Shown here piece by piece: positions 1-10,089 of a stretch of DNA of 64,000 bases (within the stretch, counting starts at the first letter, position 1; every line of letters begins with the position of its first letter). The position numbers and the translations under genes were made by a program. The notes beneath the pieces are model-generated. The model was not told the DNA's origin. It searched no databases and saw nothing but the letters and a program-made list of their open reading frames with translations. Location: positions 32,001-96,000 of the forward strand of contig JAGVGF010000004.1 in NCBI GenBank assembly GCA_020057295.1, written 5' to 3'. The DNA is from an archaeon. Its GTDB lineage: Archaea; Nanobdellota; Nanobdellia; Woesearchaeales; UBA9642.

Positions 1-1973
1 TAATTTCCAACACCAATTTTTCTTGCTGTTTCTACATCTTCAACAACTATAGTATTTTCGAAAACGTAACTGAAAACTTTTTCAAATTTAGGATCATAAG
101 TAACTAAGTCAATTGCTAAACCTTTAATTCCTGGAGCCTTCAGATTTTTTAACTCAGGTTTTATTGACACGCTTCTAATCTTGTTCATTGGTAAGAATGT
201 TGCAACACCAAGTTTATTATCTTTTAAATATCTTATACATTCTGCAGCTACTTTATCATCTTCGACAACTATGCTTCTTATTCTTCCACCTGCAGCAACT
301 TCTAACGCTAAACTAAATTCTGATTGCACATTACCAAGTGTAGATACTAGTCCATAGATGCCTTTTTTAGTTTCTCGCATCTCTAAAATTCTTTGAACAG
401 CAACACCTGCTGCTACACTTTCTCTAATAGTATTATTTTTAGCTTGTAATTTTACTAATTCTTCTTTTCTACTTAACATTTTAGAACGTGCATTTTCCAT
501 CTGCGCAGCAAGTGATGAATTTTCAGATAATGCTGCATTTAATTCTAAAGTTATTTTTTTAAATTCATCCTTCTTCTTTTTTAATATCTCAACCTGTTCT
601 TTATTTTCTTTTTCAAGTTTTAGAACATTATCAATACTTTCATCAATATTCTTTAATATTAACTCATTTTTATCCTTATCTCTGAGAAGATTTTGTTGTT
701 CCTCACGGAATTTTTGTGCTTCTTCCTGTAATAATTCGCTATCCTTATCTATTTGTTCAATCTCTTTGTCGATTTGTTGTACACTATCTAAATTATTTTT
801 TTCTAAGAAATTTTTAATTTTTAGATCAATCTGTTGTAATTCTTTATCTTTAATATTAATTGTTCCTTCAAGTTCTTTCTTACTATTGTGAAGTTTCTCT
901 ATTTTTTCAGTCAATTCATCATAAGAATTTTGTAATTGTTGTTTTCTCTCATTAATTTTAGTTAATTCTGTTTCTATACCATTAACACGCTGATTATTTA
1001 GTGCTAATTCAATCTTTAACTTTTCAACCTCTTTATGTATTGCAACTTGTTCCTTTTCGCCTTTTTCTTCAATCTCTTTATTTATCTTTTCAATCTCTCT
1101 TTTTTTATGATCTATAGTATCTTTTAATTTATTAACTTCTTCCGTGAATTTAGCTATTTTACTGGATCCTTCATCGATTTCCTTCTGTAACTTATCACGT
1201 TCAGTACTCTTTGTTTTAATTTTAGAATCAAGTAATGTTGCTTTATTACTCTTAATTTTATCATTTAAATCTTTGAATTTTAATGCTTGATCCCTGTCTC
1301 TTTTTAATTCTTGTAAATGTGTTTTTCTCTCTGCTAGAATTATTTCAACTTCATTCATCTTTTCTTCAACACGTTGCAATTCTCTTAACGCCTTTTCTTT
1401 CTTTTCTTCATAAACACTAAGGCCTGCTATTTGTTCAAGCATTTGTCTACGTTCTAATGGACTCATTTCTATTAATCTAATTATTTCTCCTTGTAGAACT
1501 ATATTATATCCGTCTGGATTAATTTTAGCAAAACTTAGTAAATCTAGAATTTCTTGTCTGGTCTTTGATTTGTCATTTATTTTATACACAGATTGTCCAT
1601 TTTCTTTGATTATTCTTGTAATTTTTATTTCATCTTTATACTTTTCTTCTTGAGGTTTCTTTCTTTTAGAATCATCTCTAATCTCAGGAAATATTTTGTT
1701 AGTATTATCAAAGAATATTGAAACTTCTCCATCCTTGGCCGGATTCTTTAACTTTCCACCATTATATATCAAGTTCGAAGATTTTTCTGCACGCATTTCC
1801 TTAGAAGAACCTTTACCAAGAACGAAACATAACGCATCCATTACATTACTCTTTCCAGAACCATTAGGACCTAAAACGCAATTATAATTATCTCCAAATA
1901 ATAACTCAGTCTTATTAGCGAATGACTTAAAACCCTTAATTTCCAACTTAGTAATTTTTGTAACTCTAGACAT
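1..1973 (-). CDS. smc: Chromosome segregation protein SMC (N-terminal part; runs off window)
   Basis: Not in ORF track. Manual translation from ATG at 1973: MSRVTKITKLEIKGFKSFANKTEL...VLGPNGSGKSNVMDALCFVLG (Walker A), NIVLQGEI Q-loop, long coiled coil, hinge GIYGLVSTLG...ALEVAAG...GVATFLPMNKI. Confidence 0.95.
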   Translation of the reverse strand, partial: MSRVTKITKLEIKGFKSFANKTELLFGDNYNCVLGPNGSGKSNVMDALCFVLGKGSSKEMRAEKSSNLIYNGGKLKNPAKDGEVSIFFDNTNKIFPEIRDDSKRKKPQEEKYKDEIKITRIIKENGQSVYKINDKSKTRQEILDLLSFAKINPDGYNIVLQGEIIRLIEMSPLERRQMLEQIAGLSVYEEKKEKALRELQRVEEKMNEVEIILAERKTHLQELKRDRDQALKFKDLNDKIKSNKATLLDSKIKTKSTERDKLQKEIDEGSSKIAKFTEEVNKLKDTIDHKKREIEKINKEIEEKGEKEQVAIHKEVEKLKIELALNNQRVNGIETELTKINERKQQLQNSYDELTEKIEKLHNSKKELEGTINIKDKELQQIDLKIKNFLEKNNLDSVQQIDKEIEQIDKDSELLQEEAQKFREEQQNLLRDKDKNELILKNIDESIDNVLKLEKENKEQVEILKKKKDEFKKITLELNAALSENSSLAAQMENARSKMLSRKEELVKLQAKNNTIRESVAAGVAVQRILEMRETKKGIYGLVSTLGNVQSEFSLALEVAAGGRIRSIVVEDDKVAAECIRYLKDNKLGVATFLPMNKIRSVSIKPELKNLKAPGIKGLAIDLVTYDPKFEKVFSYVFENTIVVEDVETARKIGVGN

Positions 1974-2184
1974 TATGCTTCTTTACCTCACGTTTGACTA
2001 ACACTTTGGCACGACCGCTATTTCCTGCTGCTAATGGTGGCAGAATGTGCGAAAGCAACTGTTCTGCAGTCAATTTCCTTACTTTTCCATTTGTTCTTTG
2101 AATCCATTGACCTGCTACTTTATTGTAAGTTTGTTTCCATCCTGAAGGCAAAACGATATAGATTGTGCATTCATCGTTCTTCAT
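1966..2184 (-). CDS. Small basic hypothetical protein, overlapping smc start
   Basis: ATG at 2184 has a GGAG RBS; stop overlaps smc ATG, suggesting translational coupling. Confidence 0.6.
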   Translation of the reverse strand: MKNDECTIYIVLPSGWKQTYNKVAGQWIQRTNGKVRKLTAEQLLSHILPPLAAGNSGRAKVLVKREVKKHNV

Positions 2185-2279
2185 AGTTTGTCTCCATAAC
2201 ACCAGCTACAATCTTTTGTGCCTCTCACCTAAAACAAGGTTTTTATCCATATTTTATATATAAATTTGATGTTTTTGAT

Positions 2280-3068
2280 TTACTCTTCATTTTTTTTGAG
2301 CACAAATACTACAAAACGTGAATTTCTAGGAAATATTTTTATAAATAACATTAACTTTGTCATGCTTATAGCAAAAAATTTGTTCATATTTCTTAAAATA
2401 TACAAAGGTTTTAGATCAAATACTATTCCTTCTGAGTGTGTAACCTTGAATCCATTTTTTTTAAAATGATCTAATGCCTCATCATATTCCCATTCGTTTA
2501 AATGTTCTGGTATAATCAGGCCTTCTCTTTTTTTAAAAATCAATTCGAACTTATTCATGAGTGTTTTATTTATAAACGGATATGATATTACAAATATTCC
2601 GTCTTTTTTTAATACCCTATGACATTCTTTTAATACTTTATCAGGATTTAGCACATGTTCTATAGTTTCAACACATGTAATCTTATCAAAGAATTCATCC
2701 GGAAATTCTAATCTTTCAATATTCATTTTTTTGAATATAACATTTCCTTTTTTTGTGTTATTTTTCTGAAACGCAGTTTTCGCTATATCAACACCATAAA
2801 CTTTTTTACATTCTTTAGATATTTTTATTGAAAAAAATCCTTCTCCACATCCTGCATCTAAAACAGTATCTTTTTTTTGAAGATTTAAACTTTTTAATAC
2901 TGATTTTTGTCTTTCTTTATGATACATTTTACCAATATCTATACCAAATAGAATTAATCCTTGATATCCTTCCTTATGCCATACATTATTATAATATTTT
3001 TCTAATTCTTTGTTGTTCTTGAACTTTAATTTTCCTTTATTTTGCATTATTTCTCTGAATTTCTTCAT
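2280..3068 (-). CDS. Class I SAM-dependent methyltransferase
   Basis: VLDAGCGEG motif I, GVDI, FDKITCVETIEHV, LKKDG. Confidence 0.9.
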   Translation of the reverse strand: MKKFREIMQNKGKLKFKNNKELEKYYNNVWHKEGYQGLILFGIDIGKMYHKERQKSVLKSLNLQKKDTVLDAGCGEGFFSIKISKECKKVYGVDIAKTAFQKNNTKKGNVIFKKMNIERLEFPDEFFDKITCVETIEHVLNPDKVLKECHRVLKKDGIFVISYPFINKTLMNKFELIFKKREGLIIPEHLNEWEYDEALDHFKKNGFKVTHSEGIVFDLKPLYILRNMNKFFAISMTKLMLFIKIFPRNSRFVVFVLKKNEE

Positions 3069-3775
3069 TTCATCTCTGGAGCATCAGTATTCATGTAGTA
3101 TCTTGTGAATAACTCTTTCATGACTTTTGCAAATGCTGCGTCTCGTATGAGCATCGTGGTGTTTGATTTAATCAATCCTATCATTACATGTTTGTCATCT
3201 GCAATTGATATTGCAACGCCTTCATTTTCTATTGGTCGAATATTCTTATCTAAATTCATCCATTCTTTCAAATTTGGTTTGGTTTCTTCATCTACTCTTC
3301 CTAATGTTCTATATTCCACTCCTTTGACTTTTTTCTCTCTTGCACTTCTTATGAATTCTGGACTTAGACTGAATAAATATTTGATGCTGTATTCGTATTT
3401 TTCTGCTGTATCTATTTCAGCACTTATTTTATGGAAACTACTTTTACCTTTCGCGATCAATACTGGCTCAATTGTTTTTTCTTCGTATATTTTTTTTAAT
3501 TCTTTCACATGATTATCTATGTCCATTAGGCCTTTTATTTTCATATCTATTATTTCATGAAGTTTGTCCGGATCTGTAGGAATATATTTTTTAGTCTTTT
3601 CAGGAACAACTCTAACTAATCCTTTTTCTTCCAATGATTCTAGAACGGTATAAATCCTTCCGTAAGGGATTTGAGCCTCCTTACTTATATGCGCGGCAGA
3701 AGTTTTTCCTAAGCGTAGCATTATCTCATACGCCTTCGTCTCGTTACTAGTAAGTCCTAGTACTTTATAGTCCAT
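3065..3775 (-). CDS. TrmB family transcriptional regulator
   Basis: LGLTSNETKAY...IPYGRIYTVLESLEEKGLV wHTH plus C-terminal effector domain; ATG at 3775 after GAGG RBS. Confidence 0.9.
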   Translation of the reverse strand: MDYKVLGLTSNETKAYEIMLRLGKTSAAHISKEAQIPYGRIYTVLESLEEKGLVRVVPEKTKKYIPTDPDKLHEIIDMKIKGLMDIDNHVKELKKIYEEKTIEPVLIAKGKSSFHKISAEIDTAEKYEYSIKYLFSLSPEFIRSAREKKVKGVEYRTLGRVDEETKPNLKEWMNLDKNIRPIENEGVAISIADDKHVMIGLIKSNTTMLIRDAAFAKVMKELFTRYYMNTDAPEMK

Positions 3776-3789
3776 AACGTCCTCATTGC

Positions 3790-3814
3790 TTTCCAAGCAC
3801 AGTTTTTTCCAAGC
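3790..3814. repeat. 9-bp direct repeat TTTCCAAGC (3790, 3806) in trmB upstream region; possible operator
   Basis: Two exact copies 16 bp apart just upstream of the trmB RBS. Confidence 0.35.
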
Positions 3815-3846
3815 GTAAATTGAATGATGAATTAATGAATATAAAA

Positions 3847-3966
3847 TACCTCTTTAGCGTCCTCGATCCTTGATTATACGCTACGACCTTTGGCGCGTCG
3901 TACCCTTTGAAGGCTACCATGTTGTTCATAAACATCAGCAAGCGTAGAAGCCCGCTAAAGACGGTA
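3847..3966 (-). ncRNA. Candidate novel structured RNA (~120 nt, four-way junction)
   Basis: Terminal stem TACC-TCTTTAGCG/CGCTAAAGA-c-GGTA, inner stem TACGCT/AGCGTA, three hairpins; G-U pairs form only on the minus strand; TTTATATA box upstream (4008-4001). Confidence 0.6.
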
Positions 3967-4033
3967 TACTTATTCTACTATTGATTTATTATTTATTTAA
4001 TATATAAAGTTTACGTTCGCAACCTCCTTTGGG

Positions 4034-4061
4034 GTGGCAAACATATAAATACTATTGCCAC
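4034..4061. promoter_or_regulatory. Inverted repeat GTGGCAA-N14-TTGCCAC enclosing a TATA box (CATATAAA)
   Basis: Perfect 7-bp arms flank the TATA box of the 4098 gene, divergent from trmB. Confidence 0.55.
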
Positions 4062-4097
4062 TATCTAGTAATAACATAAAAAATAGGGGTTGAGATT

Positions 4098-4823
4098 ATG
4101 AATCAAAATTTAACAGAGGCAAACAATCAAGCACAATATCCTTACTCTTGGGATGATATCGAACCATATATCAAAGAAAAATTATCTCAAGCAAAATCTA
4201 TAATGACTTTTGGAACGATTGGAAGTAGAAACGTACAGCATGACATTGATATAATCGTAACAAAAAAAACAGATGCAAGCACATCACAATATTATAAGGA
4301 AATACATGAATTACTTGATGGATTAGATGCCTACTTAAAGGGAAATTATGGTAAGAAACTGATAAAATTCACTAAGTTTGCACATCAAGAAGAATTTCTT
4401 TACATAGGAAATTATCAATTAGGAGATTTAGCTTTACACGTAATGAACTACTCAAATTTGGAGCATATGAAGCAAATTTGGGCTCCTGACTTAAAAAATG
4501 GAGAAGATATAGAAACAATATTAAGAGAGAATTTTGTTCCATTATGTGGATCCAAAGAGTTCCTATTTAGTGAAGATTTCAAACATAGAAAAATGTATGA
4601 TGGATTATTATTGAAACTGGATGAGCAAGATAGAACAAATGCACATTATCCAGAATCATTGCTAGTAAACAGTTCGAATCATCTGTACAAATATGTGTTG
4701 AAATATCTAGGCGCACAAGAGAAATGCGTTGCCAAAGATAGACAAGAAGTACGAGAATATTTCTACAAAATATTAGACCAGATAGATATGATGAATAATT
4801 TAGAACAAAAAATGGAGGGATAA
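4098..4823 (+). CDS. Putative Pol-beta superfamily nucleotidyltransferase
   Basis: IMTFGTIGS..QHDIDIIV matches hG[GS/T]..DhD; helical C-terminus. Confidence 0.6.
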   Translation: MNQNLTEANNQAQYPYSWDDIEPYIKEKLSQAKSIMTFGTIGSRNVQHDIDIIVTKKTDASTSQYYKEIHELLDGLDAYLKGNYGKKLIKFTKFAHQEEFLYIGNYQLGDLALHVMNYSNLEHMKQIWAPDLKNGEDIETILRENFVPLCGSKEFLFSEDFKHRKMYDGLLLKLDEQDRTNAHYPESLLVNSSNHLYKYVLKYLGAQEKCVAKDRQEVREYFYKILDQIDMMNNLEQKMEG

Positions 4824-4825
4824 AA

Positions 4826-5206
4826 ATGAAATTAGACAAAAAAATAGATTTAAGTGTTCCTGCAGAATTGTTGTTTGATTTGAATAACGATAATGCGCAG
4901 GATTTTGTTTTGGCTGTAAATGATTTTTTTAATGATGAAAAAAAACACTGCTGTTTTAGTAAAAGCAATAAGGGATTATATCTTGTAGATGTTCAAAATC
5001 CTAGAACGTTCGATCACGCGTATCGTCTTGGAAAAGATCAAGTTGCATTGCAATGTTCGTCAAAAGATTATTTATGTCATTATTTAAAATTTGAAAATAG
5101 GCCAAGATTTGCATTTTTAGATAAATCTAGAATGTATGTATCTCAAGGATTTTCACGAGACACGTCTTTTACTGGACGTCATGAGCATTTGTATATTATA
5201 GAATAG
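4826..5206 (+). CDS. Hypothetical protein, operonic with the nucleotidyltransferase
   Basis: Starts 2 nt after the upstream stop, GGAGG RBS. Confidence 0.65.
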   Translation: MKLDKKIDLSVPAELLFDLNNDNAQDFVLAVNDFFNDEKKHCCFSKSNKGLYLVDVQNPRTFDHAYRLGKDQVALQCSSKDYLCHYLKFENRPRFAFLDKSRMYVSQGFSRDTSFTGRHEHLYIIE

Positions 5207-5285
5207 TTGTTCTATATGTTCAAACAATAACCTTTTTATACTCTTTCTTTTATGTTTTTTTATTAATAGTTACGGGGTGTTATTA

Positions 5286-6200
5286 ATGGCAGATAAACAT
5301 AATAATCATAGTGAGAGTCATCATGCAGATTCTAAGCATGAACATCATAAGAAAAAAAGGTGGCCTGTTGTTTTAGGAATAGTTTTTGGATTAATAGTTG
5401 TGATTGTTTTAGTTGTATATTTTACAATATTTAGAGTAAGTACGCCAACAGGAACATTAACAATATTGAATGGTAATGTTGAAGTTAACAAAGGTTTAGG
5501 ATTTACAGCAGTATCAACTGGACTTGGATTAAAGGAAGGATACGCTATTAAAACATTAGATGGCAATGCTAGGATAGTATTACTTGATAGTGTGATATTA
5601 ACTTTAGATCCGCAAACCGTCATAAAATTAGAAACTATTGGCTCAGATACGGTTGTTAGTTTAGATCAAGGTACTGCATGGAGTAAATTCATTAAAGGAA
5701 ATATACAATCATATACTTTGCTTGCCAAAGATTCTAACATGGTAGCATATGGTACATCGTTCAAATCAGAAGTTAATTCAGATAATGTAATATTAACTGT
5801 TAGCGAAGGCACTGTAGAGTTTAAGAGTACTGCTGATAAACTCAGTGTTCCTAAAGGTAAAAAATATATTCTAAGCAAAGGAAAAATTGCTGAATCAACA
5901 TTAACTTCTGAAGAAAAAGCATCTTTAGTAAATGGATTGAAGAAAGATAAAGAAGCTATAAAAGATTTACGTATGGATATGATGCAACGTAATAAGGCAA
6001 TATATGATAAGCTAAAAAATATGTTTAATCAAACAGATAAGGACGTGCTTATTGTGCTTGATAAGATTGATAATGGTGAATGGAATGATTCTGAATTAAT
6101 AGCTAAATCTCCAATAAATGTTCCGATAATAGAAAAATTGAAATTAATGAACGATGAAGTAAAATATCAAGATTTAGCTATAAAAGAATTATCTAAATAA
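5286..6200 (+). CDS. Membrane-anchored FecR-domain protein with His-rich N-terminus
   Basis: His-rich N-terminus, one TM helix, LKEGYAIKT..ARI...LTLDPQTVI, LDQGTAW, AYGTSF, VSEGTVEF FecR-like pattern. Confidence 0.75.
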   Translation: MADKHNNHSESHHADSKHEHHKKKRWPVVLGIVFGLIVVIVLVVYFTIFRVSTPTGTLTILNGNVEVNKGLGFTAVSTGLGLKEGYAIKTLDGNARIVLLDSVILTLDPQTVIKLETIGSDTVVSLDQGTAWSKFIKGNIQSYTLLAKDSNMVAYGTSFKSEVNSDNVILTVSEGTVEFKSTADKLSVPKGKKYILSKGKIAESTLTSEEKASLVNGLKKDKEAIKDLRMDMMQRNKAIYDKLKNMFNQTDKDVLIVLDKIDNGEWNDSELIAKSPINVPIIEKLKLMNDEVKYQDLAIKELSK

Positions 6201-6215
6201 ATAATTTTATTTTTT

Positions 6216-6677
6216 CTATTGATTTCTCGTTTTTGACCAGTATTTTTCTATAAAGAATATTATGCCAAATGCTACGAGTAAGACGGATACGGCGTATATT
6301 TTACTTGATTCAAACTGTTCAACTTTAAACAACATCTCTCTAACTAAAGATATTATCCCCAGTTCTATAACTCTTTCAACTTTAATATAATGTTTCAGCA
6401 AGTAAGAGTATAATATTGTAAATAATTCAATTAATATTAACGTTAATAATAAATTATTTATTACACTCTGGAAATCTCCATTAATTAAATCTACGAAGAA
6501 TAACACATACAATTTGAATACTATTGTTAATAATAATGCAAATATCAATGCCACTATGATAATATTTCCAACAGCTTTCAACGAAGGTAATAGTTTGTTT
6601 TGTATAAAAGAATCTGTTTTTGTTAATTTCTCTACAGGAATATAATGTTCGTTTTGACGTATTTCTTCTTTGCCCAT
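6216..6677 (-). CDS. PsiE (phosphate-starvation-inducible E) family membrane protein
   Basis: 4 TM helices, LLLTLILIELF..L..YL..H.I.VE.VIELGIISLVRE. Confidence 0.75.
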   Translation of the reverse strand: MGKEEIRQNEHYIPVEKLTKTDSFIQNKLLPSLKAVGNIIIVALIFALLLTIVFKLYVLFFVDLINGDFQSVINNLLLTLILIELFTILYSYLLKHYIKVERVIELGIISLVREMLFKVEQFESSKIYAVSVLLVAFGIIFFIEKYWSKTRNQ

Positions 6678-6712
6678 TTTATCTTCTCTCAAACAGTCAT
6701 TTATATATTTTG

Positions 6713-7393
6713 TTAATATTCTCCTAAATTTTTCTGCTGTTTTGCTCTTGCTAGTTTTTTGTATGTTTCCCAAGACTTTCTGAATATGTGTTGAAGTTTT
6801 GGATTATTCCAATGTTCCTGCAAGAATTTTTTTGTGTTAGGATCTGAAGGATATCCCGAACCAAAATCAATATGTAATTTTTTCTTTAATTTTTCTAATT
6901 CTTTTTCTCTTGTGACCTTTGCAATAATCGATGCTGCTCCAACTATTAAGTAATTTAAATCTGCTTTATGTTCAACTTGTAGTTTAGTTTCATTATTATC
7001 GACTTTTTCTTGAAAATATTTAGAATATGCTTGAATATTGGTCGATGGACAATCAATTACACATTTTTTTATATCATTATTTAATTTCACATCGAGTTTG
7101 TTTAATATTGCGGCACCATGATCTGCTTCAAGCCAATTTAAGTTAGTATTTTCAGAATTTAGTGCGTTATCAACATCTTCAGGACTAAGAATTACTAATT
7201 CATATTTTACAATTTTCTCTAGATGTTTTAGTATATCTTCACGTTGTTTTTCAGTTAATAATTTAGAATCTTTAACACCTAAAGCTTTAAGTTCAGATTC
7301 CTTGCCTTCTTCTATTGCAGCTACTGCTATAACTAATGGTCCTATTATCGGCCCTCTTCCAGCTTCATCAATACCAGCTATAAAATTTACCAT
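6713..7393 (-). CDS. rnhB: Ribonuclease HII
   Basis: GIDEAGRGP, GVKDSKLL, EHKAD, AASIIAKV, GSGYPSDP. Confidence 0.97.
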   Translation of the reverse strand: MVNFIAGIDEAGRGPIIGPLVIAVAAIEEGKESELKALGVKDSKLLTEKQREDILKHLEKIVKYELVILSPEDVDNALNSENTNLNWLEADHGAAILNKLDVKLNNDIKKCVIDCPSTNIQAYSKYFQEKVDNNETKLQVEHKADLNYLIVGAASIIAKVTREKELEKLKKKLHIDFGSGYPSDPNTKKFLQEHWNNPKLQHIFRKSWETYKKLARAKQQKNLGEY

Positions 7394-7476
7394 AGAGTTA
7401 ATCGTTACATATAAGATTTATAAATATTTGTAAAAGAGATAAAAACTATAGGGAAAATAACAAAAAATGATTAAAA

Positions 7477-8436
7477 TTATTCTTTATCGAATTCTTCGAA
7501 TAGTTTACGCATTTCATCAACATTTTTTACAGTACTGATTTTGTTTCTCAATTTTACTGCGCCGTTTATTCCTCGACTAAACTGCATAGCCTGAATTTTA
7601 ATATCTGCTGGAGAGATATTATATATCTTAGCATACTCGAGATATTTATAGAATTGCCCGATTTGTATTTGTTTTTTGATAATATCATATTTTCCTGTTT
7701 CTAAATACTGTTTTATTTGATTAAATATTACCGGGTTGCCCATTGCACTTCTTCCAATCATCACATAATCACACCCTGTTTCAGCAATTATTTTTTTAAC
7801 ATCTTCAGGAGTTTTTACATCTCCGTTGCCAACAACAGGAATACCTACACTTTCTTTCAATTCTTTGATTAAATTCCAATTACTATGTCCGCTATATCCT
7901 TGCTTTAACGTTCTAGCATGTAATGTAATCATTTGTACACCGCATTCTTCGGCAATTTTTGCGATTGGCTTGTATAAGTAGCAGTTAGTATCATTTATAC
8001 CTGCTCTGACTTTTAATGTTACAGGTTTGTTAACACTTTTAACTAGTTTGGTAAATAAATCTCTTACATGCTCAGGCTTATCTAGCAATGCTGCACCAGC
8101 CATTTGTTGAGTGATATGTGGAGCCGGGCATCCCATATTAAAATCAATAATATCAAAATATGGTTCAACAACTTTTGCAGCTTTACAAACTACTTCAACA
8201 TCATGACCGAATAATTGTACAGAACGTGGACGCTCTTTTTTTGATAATTCTTCAAATTCTTTAATCAACTGTTTAGAACGATCTTTGTGTGTTAATGCAT
8301 GAACACTAGTCAATTCAGTAACAGTTAATCCTGCACCATTTTCTATACATAATAATCTAAACGCAGAATCACTTATACCCGCCATTGGTGCAAGAAAACA
8401 TTTAGATGGGAATTTAGGCAAACTCGTTGAATCCAT
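7477..8436 (-). CDS. dusB: tRNA-dihydrouridine synthase (DusB-like)
   Basis: LAPMAG, VQLFG, DFNMGCP, TLHART, GNGDV, VMIGR. Confidence 0.93.
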   Translation of the reverse strand: MDSTSLPKFPSKCFLAPMAGISDSAFRLLCIENGAGLTVTELTSVHALTHKDRSKQLIKEFEELSKKERPRSVQLFGHDVEVVCKAAKVVEPYFDIIDFNMGCPAPHITQQMAGAALLDKPEHVRDLFTKLVKSVNKPVTLKVRAGINDTNCYLYKPIAKIAEECGVQMITLHARTLKQGYSGHSNWNLIKELKESVGIPVVGNGDVKTPEDVKKIIAETGCDYVMIGRSAMGNPVIFNQIKQYLETGKYDIIKKQIQIGQFYKYLEYAKIYNISPADIKIQAMQFSRGINGAVKLRNKISTVKNVDEMRKLFEEFDKE

Positions 8437-8441
8437 ATTTA

Positions 8442-10022
8442 TCAGCGCCTCTTCATATACATTACACGAATTTTATTAAACGAGTTTTTTGAATTAATAA
8501 TATTTAGTTCTGGCCATACTTTAGTATCATATGCATAGAATGTTTTTTCATCAACAACGTAATATTTAGAATTTATACTACTCATTATGTTACTTAAATC
8601 GTTTATGCTTTCACTACGAGATATTATAATAATAATTTCCGAATCATTAAGATATCCTATGTCATTGATATTTTTTACTGCAATAACATTTTTTGAACGT
8701 AAGCAATCATACATCATATTATCAGATTCTGAAGAATCGATTAGACATTGCATATTATGATAGTATGCTAATGAAAATGCGTCGTAATTGATCATTACAC
8801 CAATTTGCATTCTATGATTATTGACTTCATAAGCAGCAATATACTTGTTTACGTCACTCCAAGGATCTTTAGTCACAGTGTTTTGTTGAATATATATACA
8901 TGATATTGATACTAAAACTATTAATGCTAACAAAATATTTCTAGAAACCTTTTTAGATTTAGATAATGATATTCCATAAATAATTATTAATGGTAAAAAA
9001 GACATAATAATGTATCTTGTCATATATATTGATGTAAATATTATGGAAAATATGTACGTTACAATTATCGGTGTTAAACACCATATTATTAGAAATTTAC
9101 TATCTAAGTTATCTTTTCTAGATATGATATATTTAAAAATTAAGTATGCATATATTGCAAGTAAAATTATCCAAAATATAGGGAATATTTTTCCAAATGA
9201 TGCTTCAGAGATAAAATTAACGAGTGAATAAATTGTTGGTCTGGCAATATGTGAAAATGATACATTATGTGTGAACAATATTTTTGGAAGCATGATAATC
9301 CAAGGAATATATAATATAAGTATTGCTGCTTGTATCATAATCCAGTTAGCAATCTTTTTATAATCAAAATTTTTGAAGCTAAACTTTCTTATGATATAAT
9401 GTATCGAATGTGCAAGCAGTATTAAGAATCCAAACAGATGCGTATATATCATTAATGCGCTACATATTACATATAATATCACATCTTTATTAAATAGTTC
9501 TTTTCCACTAACATATTTTCTGATGTCTTTAACATTTTTATTATTGTGCTTGTCAAACTTCTGTAATATAGAAACATAGAAATAACTTGATAACAGGCTC
9601 ATCATAAACAACAATATATACGCTCTAGCTTCTTGAGCATACCATATGTGTATTGGAGACACAGCAAGTATTAATGCAGCATATACTCCTGCATTTTTGT
9701 TAAATTTATTTCCTAAAAGATATATAACATATATTGATGCTGTACTAATTGCTACTCCGAGTAATCTTACGCCTATAGCGGATATGCCAAATATCTTAAT
9801 CCAAAACCATAATAACACATTATAGAATGGTGGTGTTGGGTCATTGAATGTTATAACGTTATAGAAACTATGTATAGAAGCTTGCATTGATATAACTTCA
9901 TCAAACCACACGCTCTGATATCCTATATTGTATAATCTCAAGAATAATCCTAAAACTACTATAAGAATTATGATTAGGGCTGAGTTTTTTGTAATATTCT
10001 GAATGTGTCTTGATAATCTCAT
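8442..10022 (-). CDS. GT-C fold membrane glycosyltransferase (GT39/PMT-like)
   Basis: LRLYNIG..SVWFDE, PPFY..LL, YAQEARAY, many TM helices. Confidence 0.88.
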   Translation of the reverse strand: MRLSRHIQNITKNSALIIILIVVLGLFLRLYNIGYQSVWFDEVISMQASIHSFYNVITFNDPTPPFYNVLLWFWIKIFGISAIGVRLLGVAISTASIYVIYLLGNKFNKNAGVYAALILAVSPIHIWYAQEARAYILLFMMSLLSSYFYVSILQKFDKHNNKNVKDIRKYVSGKELFNKDVILYVICSALMIYTHLFGFLILLAHSIHYIIRKFSFKNFDYKKIANWIMIQAAILILYIPWIIMLPKILFTHNVSFSHIARPTIYSLVNFISEASFGKIFPIFWIILLAIYAYLIFKYIISRKDNLDSKFLIIWCLTPIIVTYIFSIIFTSIYMTRYIIMSFLPLIIIYGISLSKSKKVSRNILLALIVLVSISCIYIQQNTVTKDPWSDVNKYIAAYEVNNHRMQIGVMINYDAFSLAYYHNMQCLIDSSESDNMMYDCLRSKNVIAVKNINDIGYLNDSEIIIIISRSESINDLSNIMSSINSKYYVVDEKTFYAYDTKVWPELNIINSKNSFNKIRVMYMKRR

Positions 10023-10089
10023 ATATTTAGATATGATTGATACAATAAAAAGTTAACCAATTATATCTAGTTGTATTCAATGGCTTTAT

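Noticed and set aside
3847-3966. 5S rRNA or tRNA call for the 120-nt element
   Set aside because: The length fits 5S, but the CCGAAC loop and 5S helix pattern are absent; there is no TTCRA T-loop
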